Positions 49,849 through 63,050 of a DNA stretch of 64,000 nt are shown piece after piece (position 1 is the first letter of the stretch; the number at the start of each line of letters is the position of its first letter). The stretch covers positions 14,880,001 to 14,944,000 of the forward strand of contig NC_043020.1 in assembly GCF_006345805.1 (NCBI RefSeq), in the 5' to 3' direction. Both the position numbers and the translations under genes were made by a program. Origin of the DNA: Octopus sinensis. Its lineage: Eukaryota. The notes beneath the pieces were generated by a model. The model ran no database searches and was not told the origin of the DNA. It saw nothing but the letters and a program-made list of their open reading frames with translations.

Positions 49849-51739
49849 GTGGCTAGATGCCATTCTTATTGTCAACCACTTTCATGGCACCAGCATGGGT
49901 GAATTTGTGTTACCCCCAGTGAGAGTAAAGACTTCTTTGAAACCTTGTGTTGTTCTCTGCTCAATTCACCAACCACTTCACATTGTGTACTAGGTGTTTT
50001 TTTTTTGTGCTATCACCACTAGTTAAAACATCTTCTCACTCACAGGTTAGCCATTTAGGCGGCGAGCTGGTGGAAACGTTAGCACACCGGGTGAAATTCT
50101 TAGTTCTGAGTTCAAATTCTGCTGAGGTCGACTTTGCCTTTCATCCTTTTGGGGTCAATTAAATAAGTACCAGTTAAGCACTGGGGTCGATATAATCAAC
50201 TTAATCCCTTTGTCTGTCCTTGTTTGTCCTCTCTGTGTTTAGCCCCTTGTGGGCAATAAATAAATAGGTTAGCCCTTTAGTGTTTAGATTACTCTGTCAA
50301 ATGTAATGCTTATTTATTCACATTGTTCTGAATTAATCACACATTATCTCAAAGCTTTAAGATTTCAAAATTTGTGTTTATTTACTTTTAGAATGGCATT
50401 GTATGAGAAGCCAGATCTGGCCAGTTTTAACATAAAAGAGGCAGGATATTTTGGTTGAATATGGCCAGTTTAAATGCTAAAGGGTTAAAAGTGTATGCAC
50501 CACCGAATGAGAACATAATAGAGTGATAACTTTAGGCGATGTGTTGGGAGAAGTTATTTCATGCTGCACAGAACAGATTTATTGTTGTGTATGTGAGGGG
50601 CATTTTGGGAGAAGTTACAACATAATGTGGGGCAGGGTGTTTATTGTTGTGAGACGGTGGTAGTGGAGAGATTAAAAGAGGACATAGAAAAGGAGGAGGA
50701 GGAAGAGTCAGAGCACATTCATTGTAACATGGCCAAGAAGGTGAATAGATGTGAGCATAGAGGAGGATGAGGGATTTATTTTGTACAGGTCAAATGCTGG
50801 TCCTTGAATTACAAATGGCTTGAGGTGAAGAGATGAGAAGATATAGTATATGGTGGGGAGAAGTGATGGTGGAGATGTGCAGGAGTGTAGAATATGCAGT
50901 GGGTAGTGGTGCATGCACGAACCACTATTTTAGCTGGCTCTCTGAGTGGTTGGCGTTGGGAAGGGCATCCAACTGTAGAAACTCTGCCAAATCAAGACTG
51001 GAGCCTGGTGCAGCCATCTGGTTCACCAGCCCTCAGTCAAAATCGTCCAACCCATGCTAGCATGGAAAGTGGACGTTAAACGATGATGATGATGATGATG
51101 ATGATGATGGTGCAGAAGACTGCATTTTTTGCTGTGTCTTGTATCACCAGTTGACACAGTTCTTTGTCATCTTCTTTGCCGGGTGTAGTGCCTGGAGATC
51201 AGTTTTCACCACTTCCGGTTTTATTTTTTTTTATGGCTGGGTTCCAACCTGGACCACAACAACAAAATCTACCTGCCACACTTCTCAGTCCAACATCACT
51301 ACCAAGTTGGCATTGTAAGTGTAACAATGTCTTCCTCTTCTTACATTACCATGAAGTGGGTTCCACAAGACTAATTTGGATGCTACTGTCCAGGGTGGCA
51401 CATGCAGCGATCAGACAGTCGCAGCCATCTTCACCTGATCTTCTTGCTAACTTTTGGCAAGTCCCCATAAAGGCATTTGTTTGTCATATATTGCTGCTGT
51501 TTCAAGGCAGCGAGCTGGCAGAAACGTTAGCAGGCCGGGCGATATGCGTAGCTGTATTTGTCTGCCGTTACGTTCTGAGTTCAAATTCCGTCGAGGTCGA
51601 CTTTGCCTTTCATCTTTTCGGGGTCGATAAATTAAGTACCAGTTACGCACTGGGGCCGATGTAATCGACTTAATCACTTTGTCTGTCCTTGTTTGTCCCC
51701 TCTGTGTGTAGCCCCTTGTAGGCAGTAAAGAAATATATA

Positions 51740-52335
51740 TTGCTGCTGTTTCATGTTTAGGGCCATTTGTTTCTTCCATGTATTCCTTGATCTCCTACCA
51801 CAGATTCTATTCATTTTGAGCACATGACACTTGTTTATGTAACATTCATCCTTCATTTGCATCACACGTCCATACCAATGCCATCTACTTTCCTTTGCAC
51901 CCCATATTTCATTCTTACCATACCCAGTTTCCTCTCTCAGTTCATTTATACTCTGTTGTTCATGCATACCAGTGCTTTCCAAACTTTTTGCTGGAGCGGA
52001 ACCCCAAGGAAACATTCCACTTACTCGAGGAATCCCTGTGCAATAATTTAATAGTCTTGTGCACACATATCTGCACAGGAGAATTAAAAATTACTGCCGA
52101 TTTTAGCAGTTTTGTAACTTCTTGCGGAACCTCTGGACTGTACTGGCGGAACCCTGGTTGAAAACCACTGATGTATACTAACATGGCACATCCAGTGAAG
52201 CATGTTTACCTCGTTTCTTTAGTGTTTTCTTCTTCCGAGGCTCACATATCACTGTCATGCAGCACTGCACATTGTACATAAGCATCATGAAATCTGCTCT
52301 TGATTTTGAGGGAGAACTCCCTTGTTACCAATATG
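51740..52335 (-). mobile_element. Degenerate RTE LINE fragment
   Basis: RWHWYGRVMQM..KCHVL..GRRSRNTW. Confidence 0.7.
51970..52170. mobile_element. hAT (Charlie-like) MITE
   Basis: cagtgctttccaa / ttgaaaaccactg; 8-bp TSD atg(c/t)atac. Confidence 0.85.
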
Positions 52336-52373
52336 ATCTTCTAATACAATTGATGTCTAACACACACACACAT

Positions 52374-53395
52374 TGGGTCATCCCATAAATAATGCGTTTT
52401 TTTAAATATTTCTTTTATTTTTCAAAATTAAGATGCACAAAGTTCTTTTATAATCTAAATATTGTAAAATTGTAATATCCCTCTTCCAAAATTCACTTGT
52501 CCATGACCAAAAATATTCCCCCAGTATTGTTCTGATTTTGTCACCAGAATTCATATTTTTTCTGTCCAAATGACTTTAAAGACTGCGGAATAAGTGATAA
52601 TCAGATGGATGGTGAGTGGGGCATCGTTTCCAAACTACTCCAGCCTTTGGAATGTCATCCTTTGGAATTCAAACTGCTCCAGCCTTTGGAATGTCATCCT
52701 TGCTGTATGTGACTGAGCATTATCCTGATGGAAGAACACCTTTCATCTTGAAATCAAAGACGGTCATTTTTTTTTAGCACTGGCTTAAGACGCTCAAGTT
52801 GTTTGCAGTAGATCTCCTTTGTTATCATTTGGTTTGGGTTTAAAAGTTCAAAGTGGATTAAACCTTTCATATCTCAACAAACAAATAACACCTTACATGG
52901 ATGAAGACCTTTAACCTGGTGTGCTGGTGTTTCTCCTTTCCTTACCCACTGTCTTCAGTGCTTGACATTTTTATAGAGAACCCATTTCTTGTCACCAGTC
53001 ACTATTTGGTCTAAACAAGGTTCATTTCTTGAGATGTGACAGCAAAGGAGAGCACACATTCACTCTCTGCATGCAATTGGACTCAGAAATTTGTGAGTAA
53101 CCCATTGACCCAATTTGCTGTCTTTTCCGATGGCATACAGGTGTTGATGAACGGTTGAATGACCAAATCCAAGCTTCTCTGCTAGTTCCTCAACAGTTAC
53201 GATAGGATTTTGTTCCACCAGGGTTTGCAGGACGTCCTTTACAGATCTTCCAGGACGAGGCTCATCTTCTAGGCTGTAGTTTCCAGCTCGGAATTTCTGG
53301 AATCACCGTTGACACTGGCTTATGCTTATTGTCTGATCCCCATTTATTGCTTTAATATTCCTCGCACTTTCCGTTGCATTGTTACCTTTATTCAA
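52374..53395 (-). mobile_element. Heavily decayed mariner
   Basis: IVTGDKKW, HQDNA and PSDYHLFRSL motifs in broken frames; internal ~39-bp tandem duplication at 52631-52701. Confidence 0.8.
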
Positions 53396-54881
53396 ACCAA
53401 CCAGATCCAGCCTCTCACACCTACTCCTGCAATGTCATTCTAAAATCAAACAATCACATCATCGAAATCTCAAAGCTATGAGATAATGCATGAGTAATTC
53501 AAAACAATGTGAATAAATAAGCATTTCATTTGATAGATTAATCTGACTACTAAAGGGTTAAAGAGAGAGGTAGGAATAGAGAGGTAGATAGATTGATATG
53601 ATAAAAGAGGGAAGGCAAAATGTATGTTATGCATAGATGGATAGGAACACATGGTATGGTGTAAGAAAGATAACAAAATAGGGAGAGAGAAGATAAAATG
53701 TGTGCTTTTTGCCTTAAGACAGAGAAACAGGACTGGGTTTCCCTAAATTGTTTAATAAAAGACAAGAATTCTAGATTAATTAGGGAGGTACTATAGAAGA
53801 AACTACATCATCATCATCGTCTTTTAAGGTCTGTTTTCCATGCTGGCACGGGCTGGATGGTTTGACATGAAGCTGGCCAGACTCCAGTTGTCTGTTGTGA
53901 CATGGTTTCTACACTTGGATGCCCTTCCTAATGCCAGCCACTTTACAGAGTGTGCTGAGTGCCTTTTATGTATCACCAGCATGGGTGCGTCTATGTGGCA
54001 CCAGCACCTGCAAAGGACAAGCTGGTATGTATGGATGACAGTGATTTTACGTGTCTTCTCAAGTACAGCAAATCGCCTCTGTTGGACCAAGTTATGAAGG
54101 TTACCTGCTTAGGCTAATGCAAAATAAAATAGGGACGAGATTAATTTGCATTAGATGTAGTTTGGTTTTTATCCCAGGAAAAGGTAGCATGGATGCCATA
54201 TTCCTGCAAGCTGGCAGAAATGTTAGCACGCCGGGCAAAATGCTTTGCGATATTTTGTCTGCCATTACGTTCTGAGTTCAAATTCCGCCGAGGTCAACTT
54301 TGCCTTTCATCCTTTCGGGGTTGATAAATTAAGTACCAGTTACGCACTGGGGTCGATGTAATCGACTTAATCCATTTGTTTGTCCTTGTTTGTCCATTCT
54401 ATGTTTAGCCCCTTGTGGGTAATAAAGAAACACATATTCCTAGTGAGACAACCACAAGAGAAATACATGGCTAGAAGCCCTTATACATAGCACTTGCTGG
54501 TCTTGAGAAGGCCTTTGACAGATTTGGTGACTGCTGAAGGGAGGCTACATTTAGCAAGGGGAGAGGCAGAAAGGAAAAAGTTTGTTAATGTTTCACAGCA
54601 TAAGGATCTCTGGTACAAGTTATTCAGAATAGTGAAATAGTGTACAAGAAAGAATTGAGATATTGGCAGCTAGGTATCCAGTTTTAAGTTCTTGTTCTGT
54701 GCAATAATGCTGGGGGTCAACGTAATTCATACTTGATAATTTGTGGAATATAATTACTTCAATATTTATTGTCTCCATTGATAAACATTACACATTAATT
54801 TGCAGGGAAAAAAAAAAAGTCAGGATTTTCTTATAATTTCTTGCTTTCCACATTTTGTTGGAATCATGTTTATTCAATCAG

Positions 54882-54976
54882 CAGTACTTTCACAAGAACA
54901 TGATGAACTTGATAAAGCAATTGACCAATCCTGGTTGTCATATTATGTGGTCGAAGACCAAGTTGTCAGCAGATAA
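54882..54976 (+). CDS. Candidate terminal coding exon (AVLSQEHDELDKAIDQSWLSYYVVEDQVVSR*)
   Basis: CAGCAG acceptor, phase-compatible with exon 34171-34264, AATAAA at 55071. Confidence 0.25.
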
Positions 54977-55359
54977 GATGCCTCAGAGAAATCTCTTTAT
55001 GTAATGCATCTCGTTCCTTTGGCAAAAAAGAACACCCCCACCCAATTTTATTGAAAACAGTTGATTTCACAATAAAATGACTGCGATTTGACAGCAAAAA
55101 AAAAAAGAAGAAAGAAAGAAAGAAAAATGTGATTACCACTTAGATTGTAATGAAGTTGGTAATTAATTTTTGTGATGTAGAATCACTTGTTAGCCACCTG
55201 AACAATTGTCATCCCAGCCCACAATGAATATAGTTTGTAGAATTAAGGTAAACAGAAATATCTCCTTTTGAGTTATGCATCTTTTTTGTAAAAGTTTGAT
55301 GAAGAAAATAAGAATAATATATTTGTTCTAAAATTAACTGAAGATAGAAAAGGCCTGGT

Positions 55360-55460
55360 CTACCAAGAATTATCATTGAGATGTTTAAAATCCTTAGTGG
55401 AGTGGGATATGGGTTGGTCACCCACATAATAAGTTACTAACGTAACGGTATCAGCATCTG
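55360..55460 (-). CDS. Candidate terminal coding exon of a minus-strand gene (DADTVTLVTYYVGDQPISHSTKDFKHLNDNSW*)
   Basis: Long pyrimidine tract ending ttgcccttatag; open to TAG; minus-strand AATAAA at 55047-52. Confidence 0.4.
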
Positions 55461-55539
55461 CTATAAGGGCAAATATGATATAAAAGAAGAGAAACTAAAG
55501 AAGTGTTAAGCTTTTGGACCTGTTTATGAAGAGTACAGA

Positions 55540-56765
55540 GTTATAATGCAACTGACTGAGAAGAAAGTTAACATAGATATTGTGCACTTTGGTTTTTTGC
55601 CAGGAAGAAGCACTGCTTATATCACCTTCCTAGTGAAACAACTGCAGAAGAAATATCTAGCTAAGAATAAGCCCCTATGTCTGGCATTTGTTATCTAGAG
55701 AAGGCCTTTGATACGGTTTCTTGCTCTGTGATCAGGTGGTCACTGAGGTAGCTTGAGTTGATGAATGGCTTGTAAGACCTGTGCGTGCCATGTAAGAGCT
55801 GTGCATGCAAGGTGAGAGTTAGGGATAAGTGTAGTATTGCATTTAGCATGAAGTTAGGGCCCAGTCCTCAGCCTACTCTTGCTCTCCAAGTTATAGCAGA
55901 GAAGCTTAGGAATAGCTGCCTGTGGGAGCTTCTTTATGCTGATGATCTACATCATATACTCTCTCTTTTTACTCTTTTTACTGGTTTCAGTCATTTGACT
56001 GCGGCCACGCTGGAGCACCGCCTTTAGTCGAGCAAATTGACTCTGGGACTTATTCTTTGTAAGCCCAGTACTTATTCTATCGGTCTCTTTTGCCGAACCG
56101 CTAAGTGATGGGGACGTAAACACACCAGCATCGGTTGTCAAGCAATGCTAGGGGGACAGACACACAAACACACACATATATATATATATATATATATGTA
56201 TATACGACAGGCTTCTTTCAGTTTCCGTCTCCCAAATCCACTCACAAGGCATTGGTCGGCCTGGGGCTATAGCAGAAGACTTGCCCAAGGTTCCACGCAG
56301 TGGGACTGAATCCGGAACCATGTGGTTGGTAAGCAAGTTACTTACCACACAGCCACTCCTGCGCCTATATAACTGAATCTTTATTAGAATTAGAAAAGGT
56401 ATCCCAGACGTGGAAACAAAACCTGGAACCTAGAGGCCTCAAAGTGAATTTAGCAAGGACTATAAAGTATTTGTAAGTAGGAAAGACAGGACCCTGTTGC
56501 TATCAAGAAAATACCAATGCTTAATATGTAGAAAAGGAGTAGGTAGGGATTCCTTAAAGTGTACCTAGTGTAAGCTGTGGGATCACAGATATGCTTATAG
56601 AGAAATTAAGTTTCACATGTGACGGGCAATAAGTACTAAGAGCACTTGTGATATAGACCCCATCCAATGTCCAGGTATTCTTTAGAAGTAGTGGATAGCT
56701 TTTGTTGTCTAAAAGATCTGATTAGCAATAGAAGTTTATGTTCTGGGAGCATAACAGTTAAAATA
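55540..56765 (+). mobile_element. Degenerate RTE LINE RT fragment split by SINE A
   Basis: FGFLPGRST, EKAFD, WELLYADDL. Confidence 0.8.
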
Positions 56766-56829
56766 AGCAATTCTAGAACTTAAGTTTCAGAGTTGGGCAA
56801 GTCTCCTCTAGAACTGCATATCACCAGTC

Positions 56830-58250
56830 ACGTCAGTCATTTGTCATTTCCTCTGTGAGGTTCAAATCCTGATATCAGCCATCACTATTTTATCCCTTGG
56901 TATCCCCCTTGTGCAAGTTTCATCCTCATTTAGTGATTGGCACTTCTTTATACAGATATCCTCATTTATACACCTGTTCATACTATTGGCACAGTCTTCT
57001 TTCTTGCGCACATCTGATTTCTCTTTTGGCCAGTTTTTCTCTCAACATATTTGCACTATGTCATTTATGTACATTTACATAGTACATCTAATGGCATATG
57101 CTTACCGTAAATCCTCGAGTATAATCCACACTTTTTTCCCAAAATTTAAAGGTCAAAATCCCTAGTGCGTACTATATATGAGGTTAAAAATGAAAAATAT
57201 TTTCTAAGCAATGTCCGAGTCTTTATTTGCTGTCCGGCAATGTGTATTCAGACACATTTTGTGATGTCGGGTGCGAAAATACCTTAAGCTAAGCCTGAAA
57301 GCAATGAAGCCTTAAAATAATCAACCATAACTTGCAATAAGCAACATTTATTAAAAAAAAAGGTATTCAGAACACTGAATAACATGTAACAAAAACAATT
57401 TGCAAACATATTAACATTCCCATATAACAGTTAAGAACATCACCATTATTGTGTTATGCATGCATGGAAGTGTTTGTTCGACTAGGTGCTGCTGGCTTAA
57501 TTACACATGACTCAAGTTAGAGAAGGAGTGCGTATTATACACAAGGTTTAGGTTTTTCAGAGGTATAGCCCCCTAAAAATCCCCTGCGTATTATACTCAA
57601 GGGTGGACTATACTCGAAGATTTACGGTACTTCATTTCTTTCCACTCTTTTCAATCCTCTACATTCAAGGTCCATGTCTCCCTACCATACAGCAATGCCT
57701 TTCTAACACAAATGTCATACAATCTGCCTTTCACTCTGAGGGAAAAGACCTTTGTTGCCAGTGGTAGTAGAATCTCCCAGAATTTTTCCAAGCTGTTCTT
57801 ACCCAGGCTACTATATATTCAGGGCAACCACTTCCCCTGCTAATCATGTTTTCTAGATAACAAATACTGCCAACAATTCCTAGTGAGCCTTCTGAGCATT
57901 TAAGAGAATCTATTTCTAGTCTACTCGTAGTATGTATTATTCCAGTCATCTGTCTTATATGAAGCGTACTTTCTTTATTTCTGTGATTTCACTACACCAC
58001 TTGTGTGTCTGTATCTTACATTGGGTACACCATATGAAATTTCCTACTCCTTTCCTGCACATTGAACCAGGACATTTCTTTGAAGATACCAGGATCCTGC
58101 CTTCTTTTTAACTTCTAAAAACATTTATCATTGCTAAGTTAATCTTGAAGCTTCTCAATTCTAGGTTTAGCTTCCATGCCTGGAGTTTCTTCACTAATTT
58201 CCCTACAGATTCAGCTATGAGAACTAAATCATCTGTATATAGGATCCTAC
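56830..58250 (-). mobile_element. Degenerate RTE LINE fragment
   Basis: ILYTDDL, SICYLENMISRGSGC..VAWVRTAWK. Confidence 0.7.
57105..57627. mobile_element. pogo/Tigger-like MITE
   Basis: TA|ccgtaaatcctcgagtataatcc ... ggactatactcgaagatttacgg|TA. Confidence 0.88.
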
Positions 58251-58286
58251 TTCTCACAATTACCATATAATATCATTTTTAAAATA

Positions 58287-59073
58287 AACAAGAGCACTCA
58301 GAGAGTGCAAACCTCTGCCAAGGCAACACCAACATCCTCTCAATGTTTAGCTGGAGATGTTTTTAAAATGAGCAATAATAAATCTCAGAGTGAGTTATAA
58401 ACAGTAGCTGCAACACATCGTGACGTATGTTTGCCATTTAAATATGGCTAACCCCTAAGGGTGGATGCTACTGTAGTTTGTAGCCCCAGGAGGACACCCC
58501 CTCCAGCTGGCTATAGACACACTTTCTGTGCCCTATCAGTATTTGCAAAGGGAAGCCATCCTTCCCGTCTTCAACTTATGATACACATGGACTCGATACC
58601 CAGAAACTCGAGTCCGTGTGTATCATAAGTTGAAGACGGGAAGGATGGCTTCCCTTTGCAAATACTGATAGAGCACAGAAAGTGTGTCTATAGCCAGCTG
58701 GAGGAGGTGCCCTCCTGGGGCTACAGACTACAGTAGCATCCACCCTTAGGGGTTAGCCATATTTAAATGGCAAATATATGTCACGTTTTTAAAATCAGAA
58801 TGTCTGAAATAAATTCGACTGTTCTCACAAATGAGAATACTAAAAATGAACCTGACTGCTCTCAAAGATTAAGTAAAGAAAAACTGGAAAAATAATTCAG
58901 AATCCTTGTCTGGTACCAGATCAATCCCAAAATCAGTTCATGCCAGTCATAAAACCAAACATCCCTGAAAATTTCATCTAGATCCATCCAGCGCTTCTTG
59001 AGATATCTTGTTCAAGGACAAACAAACAAATGCGACTGAAAACAATACTCTGCCTTCGCTAAGGCAAAGGTAA
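58287..59073 (+). mobile_element. Helentron/HINE-like non-autonomous element hosting a fold-back insertion
   Basis: aacaagagcactcagagagtgcaaacctctgcc start, (ACAA)n near the end, terminal hairpin-like gccttcgctaaggc. Confidence 0.5.
58419..58785. repeat. Near-perfect hairpin with ~178-bp arms and 11-nt loop
   Basis: Arms 58419-58596 and 58608-58785 are reverse complements with few mismatches. Confidence 0.95.
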
Positions 59074-59766
59074 CAAATCACATCATCAAAATCTCAAAGC
59101 TATGAGATAATGCATGATTAATTAAAAAACCAATGTGAATAAATAAGCATTGCATTTGACAGAGTAACCTGAATGCCAAAAGGTTAATCACATTGTTTTC
59201 AATTAATCATGCATTATCTTGTAGTTTTGAGATTTTTATGATATGATTGTTTATTTTTAGAATGACATTGTGGGGTAGGTGTGAGAGGCTGAATCTGGCC
59301 AGTTTGACCATAATACAAGTAGTATATTTGGGTCAGATATGGCCAGTTTAAATGTTAAAGGGTTAAATTCCTCTATGATGGCCTGTAGGATTATGATGAA
59401 TAGGAAAGGACTGAGAACGGAACCTTGATGGACTTCTATTTTCTCACTAAATACGTTATTGAAATTGTTGACTTTCAATTTACTTACAGCACCTTTGTAC
59501 CTAGCTTCTGCAACCCAGCCCTTGTGATCCCCCCCTCCCACACACTTTTATTCTTTTACTTGTTTCAGTCATTTAACTGCAGCCATGCTGGAGCGCCGCC
59601 TTAAAGGGTTTTTAGTAGAAGAAATCAACCCCAGGACTTATTCTTTGTAAGCCTAGCACTTATTCTATTGGTCTTTTTTGCCATACTGCTTAGTTACTGG
59701 GACGTAAACACACTCACATCGGTTGTCAAGTGATGGAGTGGGGCAAACAGACAGATAGACACATAA

Positions 59767-59806
<40 letters not shown>

Positions 59807-59815
59807 TATATATAT

Positions 59816-60097
59816 AATTGCAGCGTGGTAGGTGTTTATATGCCATTTAAGAAACACACAAAACCGTTAGATTCACTTCAACATTTAAATTTAATTTGTC
59901 AAAATATTTTCGTCGCTTTAAGACCGTGACCTGTTCACTGACAAAACTTTGTACTGCAGTACGAAGTTCTGTCAGTGAACAGGTTGCGGTCTCAAAGCGA
60001 TGAAAATATTTTGACAAATTAAATTTAAATGTTGACGTGAATCTAACAGTTTTGTGTGTTTCTTAAATGGCTTATAAACACCTTCTATGCTGCAATT
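59816..60097. repeat. 282-bp loopless palindrome, probably an inverted Penelope pseudo-LTR pair
   Basis: Centred on gtactg|cagtac (59956/59957); inserted in the (TA)n of a SINE A copy; extra unpaired tail to ~60158. Confidence 0.9.
59968..60018 (+). ncRNA. Hammerhead-like motif with G3:C8 covariant core (mirror copy 59895-59945, minus strand)
   Basis: T(C/T)TGTCA GTGAACA G GT(C/T)(G/A)C loop GCGA(C/T) GAAA ATAT TT TGACAAA. Confidence 0.5.
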
Positions 60098-61185
60098 GTT
60101 TTCGTTCCAGCACACGATCTCAGATCAAGTCACTTTCTATGCAAGTACATCTCCGTAATATATATATATATCAATGACAGACTTCTTTCAGTTTCCATCT
60201 ACCAAATCCATTCACAAGGCTTTGGTTGATCTATAGTAAAAGACACGTGCCTGAGTGGAACTGAACCCGGAACCATGTGGTTTGGAAGCAAGCTTCTTAT
60301 CACACAGCCATGGCTGCACCTTTGTGTAACTTTCTCTGTTTTTTCTGTCCATGTTTTCGTATGCATTCACTGCTTTCTTCCAAGGAATCTAATGCTCTTA
60401 GCTTAGTTTTTTCTTGGGGCTGACCAGATTGGAGCCATCTCGAATACTCGAATATAACCAGCCAAAATTGCAAAGATAATCTGGAACTCGACTGAGGAAA
60501 GAAAACTCCGTATGACCCATCCTTGTTTTCTTTGTATCGTCCATCTGGATGTTTTGTTGTCCCTTTCTTTTATCACCTAACTGTCTGGATGTTTTGCGTT
60601 CTTGTCCCATTTTGTATTTAAACATATATATATATATAAAAAAATATGAAAATTTATAAATATAAATTAAAAATTTTAAATTTAAATTTCATATATTTTG
60701 TATATTATATTATATTTATTTTTATGAATTGGTTTATGTTTTTCACTGTTTGATTTGCCTAATAGTGGTTTTTTTATATCTAATATAATTTATATATATA
60801 TATTATCTGGTGAAGGCCAGTTTCGAGGAGTTATCCTGGGTTTCCCATCCATAAAAGGTTTAACTTTATGGGGTGTTGTCAGACCCCAAGACCTGTTGGC
60901 TTATATAGCCTCTTTAAAATATGGATGGGAAAAGTCTAGATTACCTCTTTTGTCAATGGCTATCGACTTCTGGCCATACTGCCATCATTCAGCTGTGAAG
61001 CAATAGGGGATTATCACCCTTTCCCATTACTTTTCAACTTCCGGCAGTTCCCAAAAGGCCAGCAGAAATCATGTCAAATCAGACTGGAATCTGGTGCAGC
61101 CCCCAGCTTGCTAGCTCTGGTTACACTGTCCAACACCCATGCTAGCATGGACAATGGACATTAAATGACTATGATTATGATGATG

Positions 61186-61216
<31 letters not shown>

Positions 61217-61369
61217 GATATTTTAGTATTATCTATTAATTACTTGTATAAGTTTAACATTAAATCATGTAAGGATAACAAATATTTAATATGTATGGAG
61301 TTTTTATTTATTGACTTTTGGGTTATGAAATAGTGTAATTCACTCAGAATTAGTTAGATGTCTTGCAAA

Positions 61370-63050
61370 CAACTTGTACATGCAAGTGCTACCAGTCAAA
61401 AACTCCGCATACCGGAAGCCAACAAGTGTATGGGGTCATCAGGAGAGAATGCGTTCTGGTCCCTGTCATTGATATGAGGCCCCACTTGCTAGATCAACTG
61501 GTTATCAAATAACGCTCAATCTTCTTCTAGCCATCGCTCATTGTCTCTTTTTAACCAAATTCAGTGGCTAGCCTTCTCCACTGTAGTTTAGATATCGGTC
61601 ATGGTGGTATTGACTTTACGATGAGTTAGGCCTAATGATAACAACAGTCGTCTCACACTGTGTCCAACGAACCCTCTGCATCCAACTTCGATTGGAAAAT
61701 GTTCCGCTTTCCAGCCTGCGTCTTCACATTCCTCGAGGAGGTTTACATAACGGTCAATCTTTTGAGCCCGAGCGGCGTCCATGTTATCTTCATGAGGAAC
61801 CGTTAACTTGACTAGATTTACAACTTTCCTTCTTTCACACCACATCAAAATATCTGTTTTTTTCGTAATTGGGATGGGAAAGAATCTGTGGCACCCAAGT
61901 AAATCTGCAATCACCTCCCAATAGCCGTTCCACTTTTCATCTCTCACAGGAAGTTTCTTGTTCTTCTTGAAACAGATCCACTGACCTGAGTGCACAAAGG
62001 TAACGGAATCTCGAGATGGTACTTTCAATGGTTTTTTTCTCAGTGTTGTTGAGATGAATTTGGTTCTTTACAGCATTGAAGATAACCTTAAGGACCAAGT
62101 TGTGTCTCCATGTATACCTGTTCATTGCTAATGAACAGTTGGAAAGAATGTTTCAGTGTTCCAACCTTTCCGCATTTGCATATGCCATTCTCTGAGATGT
62201 TCCATCTTACTAGATTCATAGATGATGGCAAAACATCAAAAGATGAACGAATCAGAAAACTTAGCCGAGATGTCATCCACTTCCATATCTCATCCCAACT
62301 CATTTTCCTCTCAACAACATGTTCTTCTCATCTCGTCAGCTGTCCTTGATGAAAACATCGGATCAAATGAAGCTCTCTTCTCTCTGCTTCTCTCGTTTTG
62401 ACGCTGTTGCTAACAACAGATCCGCATCATACTTGCAAACGGTCTGAACTGATCTGCACCAAAACCAAGTCCTTTCTGATGGTTCTGCGTTGCACCCACC
62501 ACATCTCTGTATATAAGAGAAGACAAGATATCATCAATCTCTGCTTCTGCTTTCCACTTCCTGGCTGTTTTCACCTCTGGTGGATTATGCCTGATTTCCA
62601 TATCCTTTGATTCTCTCAGCATTATCACCATCCGTATCTTCCCCAGCTTATATATTTCGACTATTGACATTAGTGGTAGCTGCAACAAACCTCTTTTACG
62701 ATAAAGAGCTGAACTGTTCAACATACGAGGTAGGCCTAGCCACTTTCTAATGAACACATTACATTTTTGTTCAATGATCTGAACTCGTGATTAGGCTACT
62801 TCATATATTAAAAATGGCCATGCAAGTTGCAGGTACAAGCCGAACTGCAAGCACCAAATTTTATAGTTACCTGGTAACTTTGAGTTATCAATCGCTGATA
62901 ATCCAGCCTCGGCCTGTTTCATAATTTCCATCCCGTGACTTCTGTCTGACAATGTTCCAGCGTATACTCGCCCCAAGCTCTTGACGGGCTCTTCTTTGAC
63001 TGTTGGAATGCTTTCTTCAGCTATTCGAAACTTAGTTAAGTTCAATCGCG
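61370..63050 (-). mobile_element. Hero-clade non-LTR retrotransposon, 5'-truncated and frameshifted (RT thumb, CCHC knuckle, RLE)
   Basis: EEPVKSLGR, IRKWLGLP, LIRSSFDVLPS, CKCGKVGTLKH..C..RYTWRHNLVL, KTDILMW..LVKLTVPHE..K..RY..FPIEVGCRGF. Confidence 0.9.

Noticed and set aside
55390-55460. TLVTYYVGDQPI resembles the start of an Axin/Dishevelled DIX domain
   Set aside because: Frame stops about 15 codons later and no other DIX exon is visible
60300-61010. CTGAGGA motif near 60492 and ORF 60755-61006
   Set aside because: No matching GAAA or stems; ORF has no recognisable motif or splice signals
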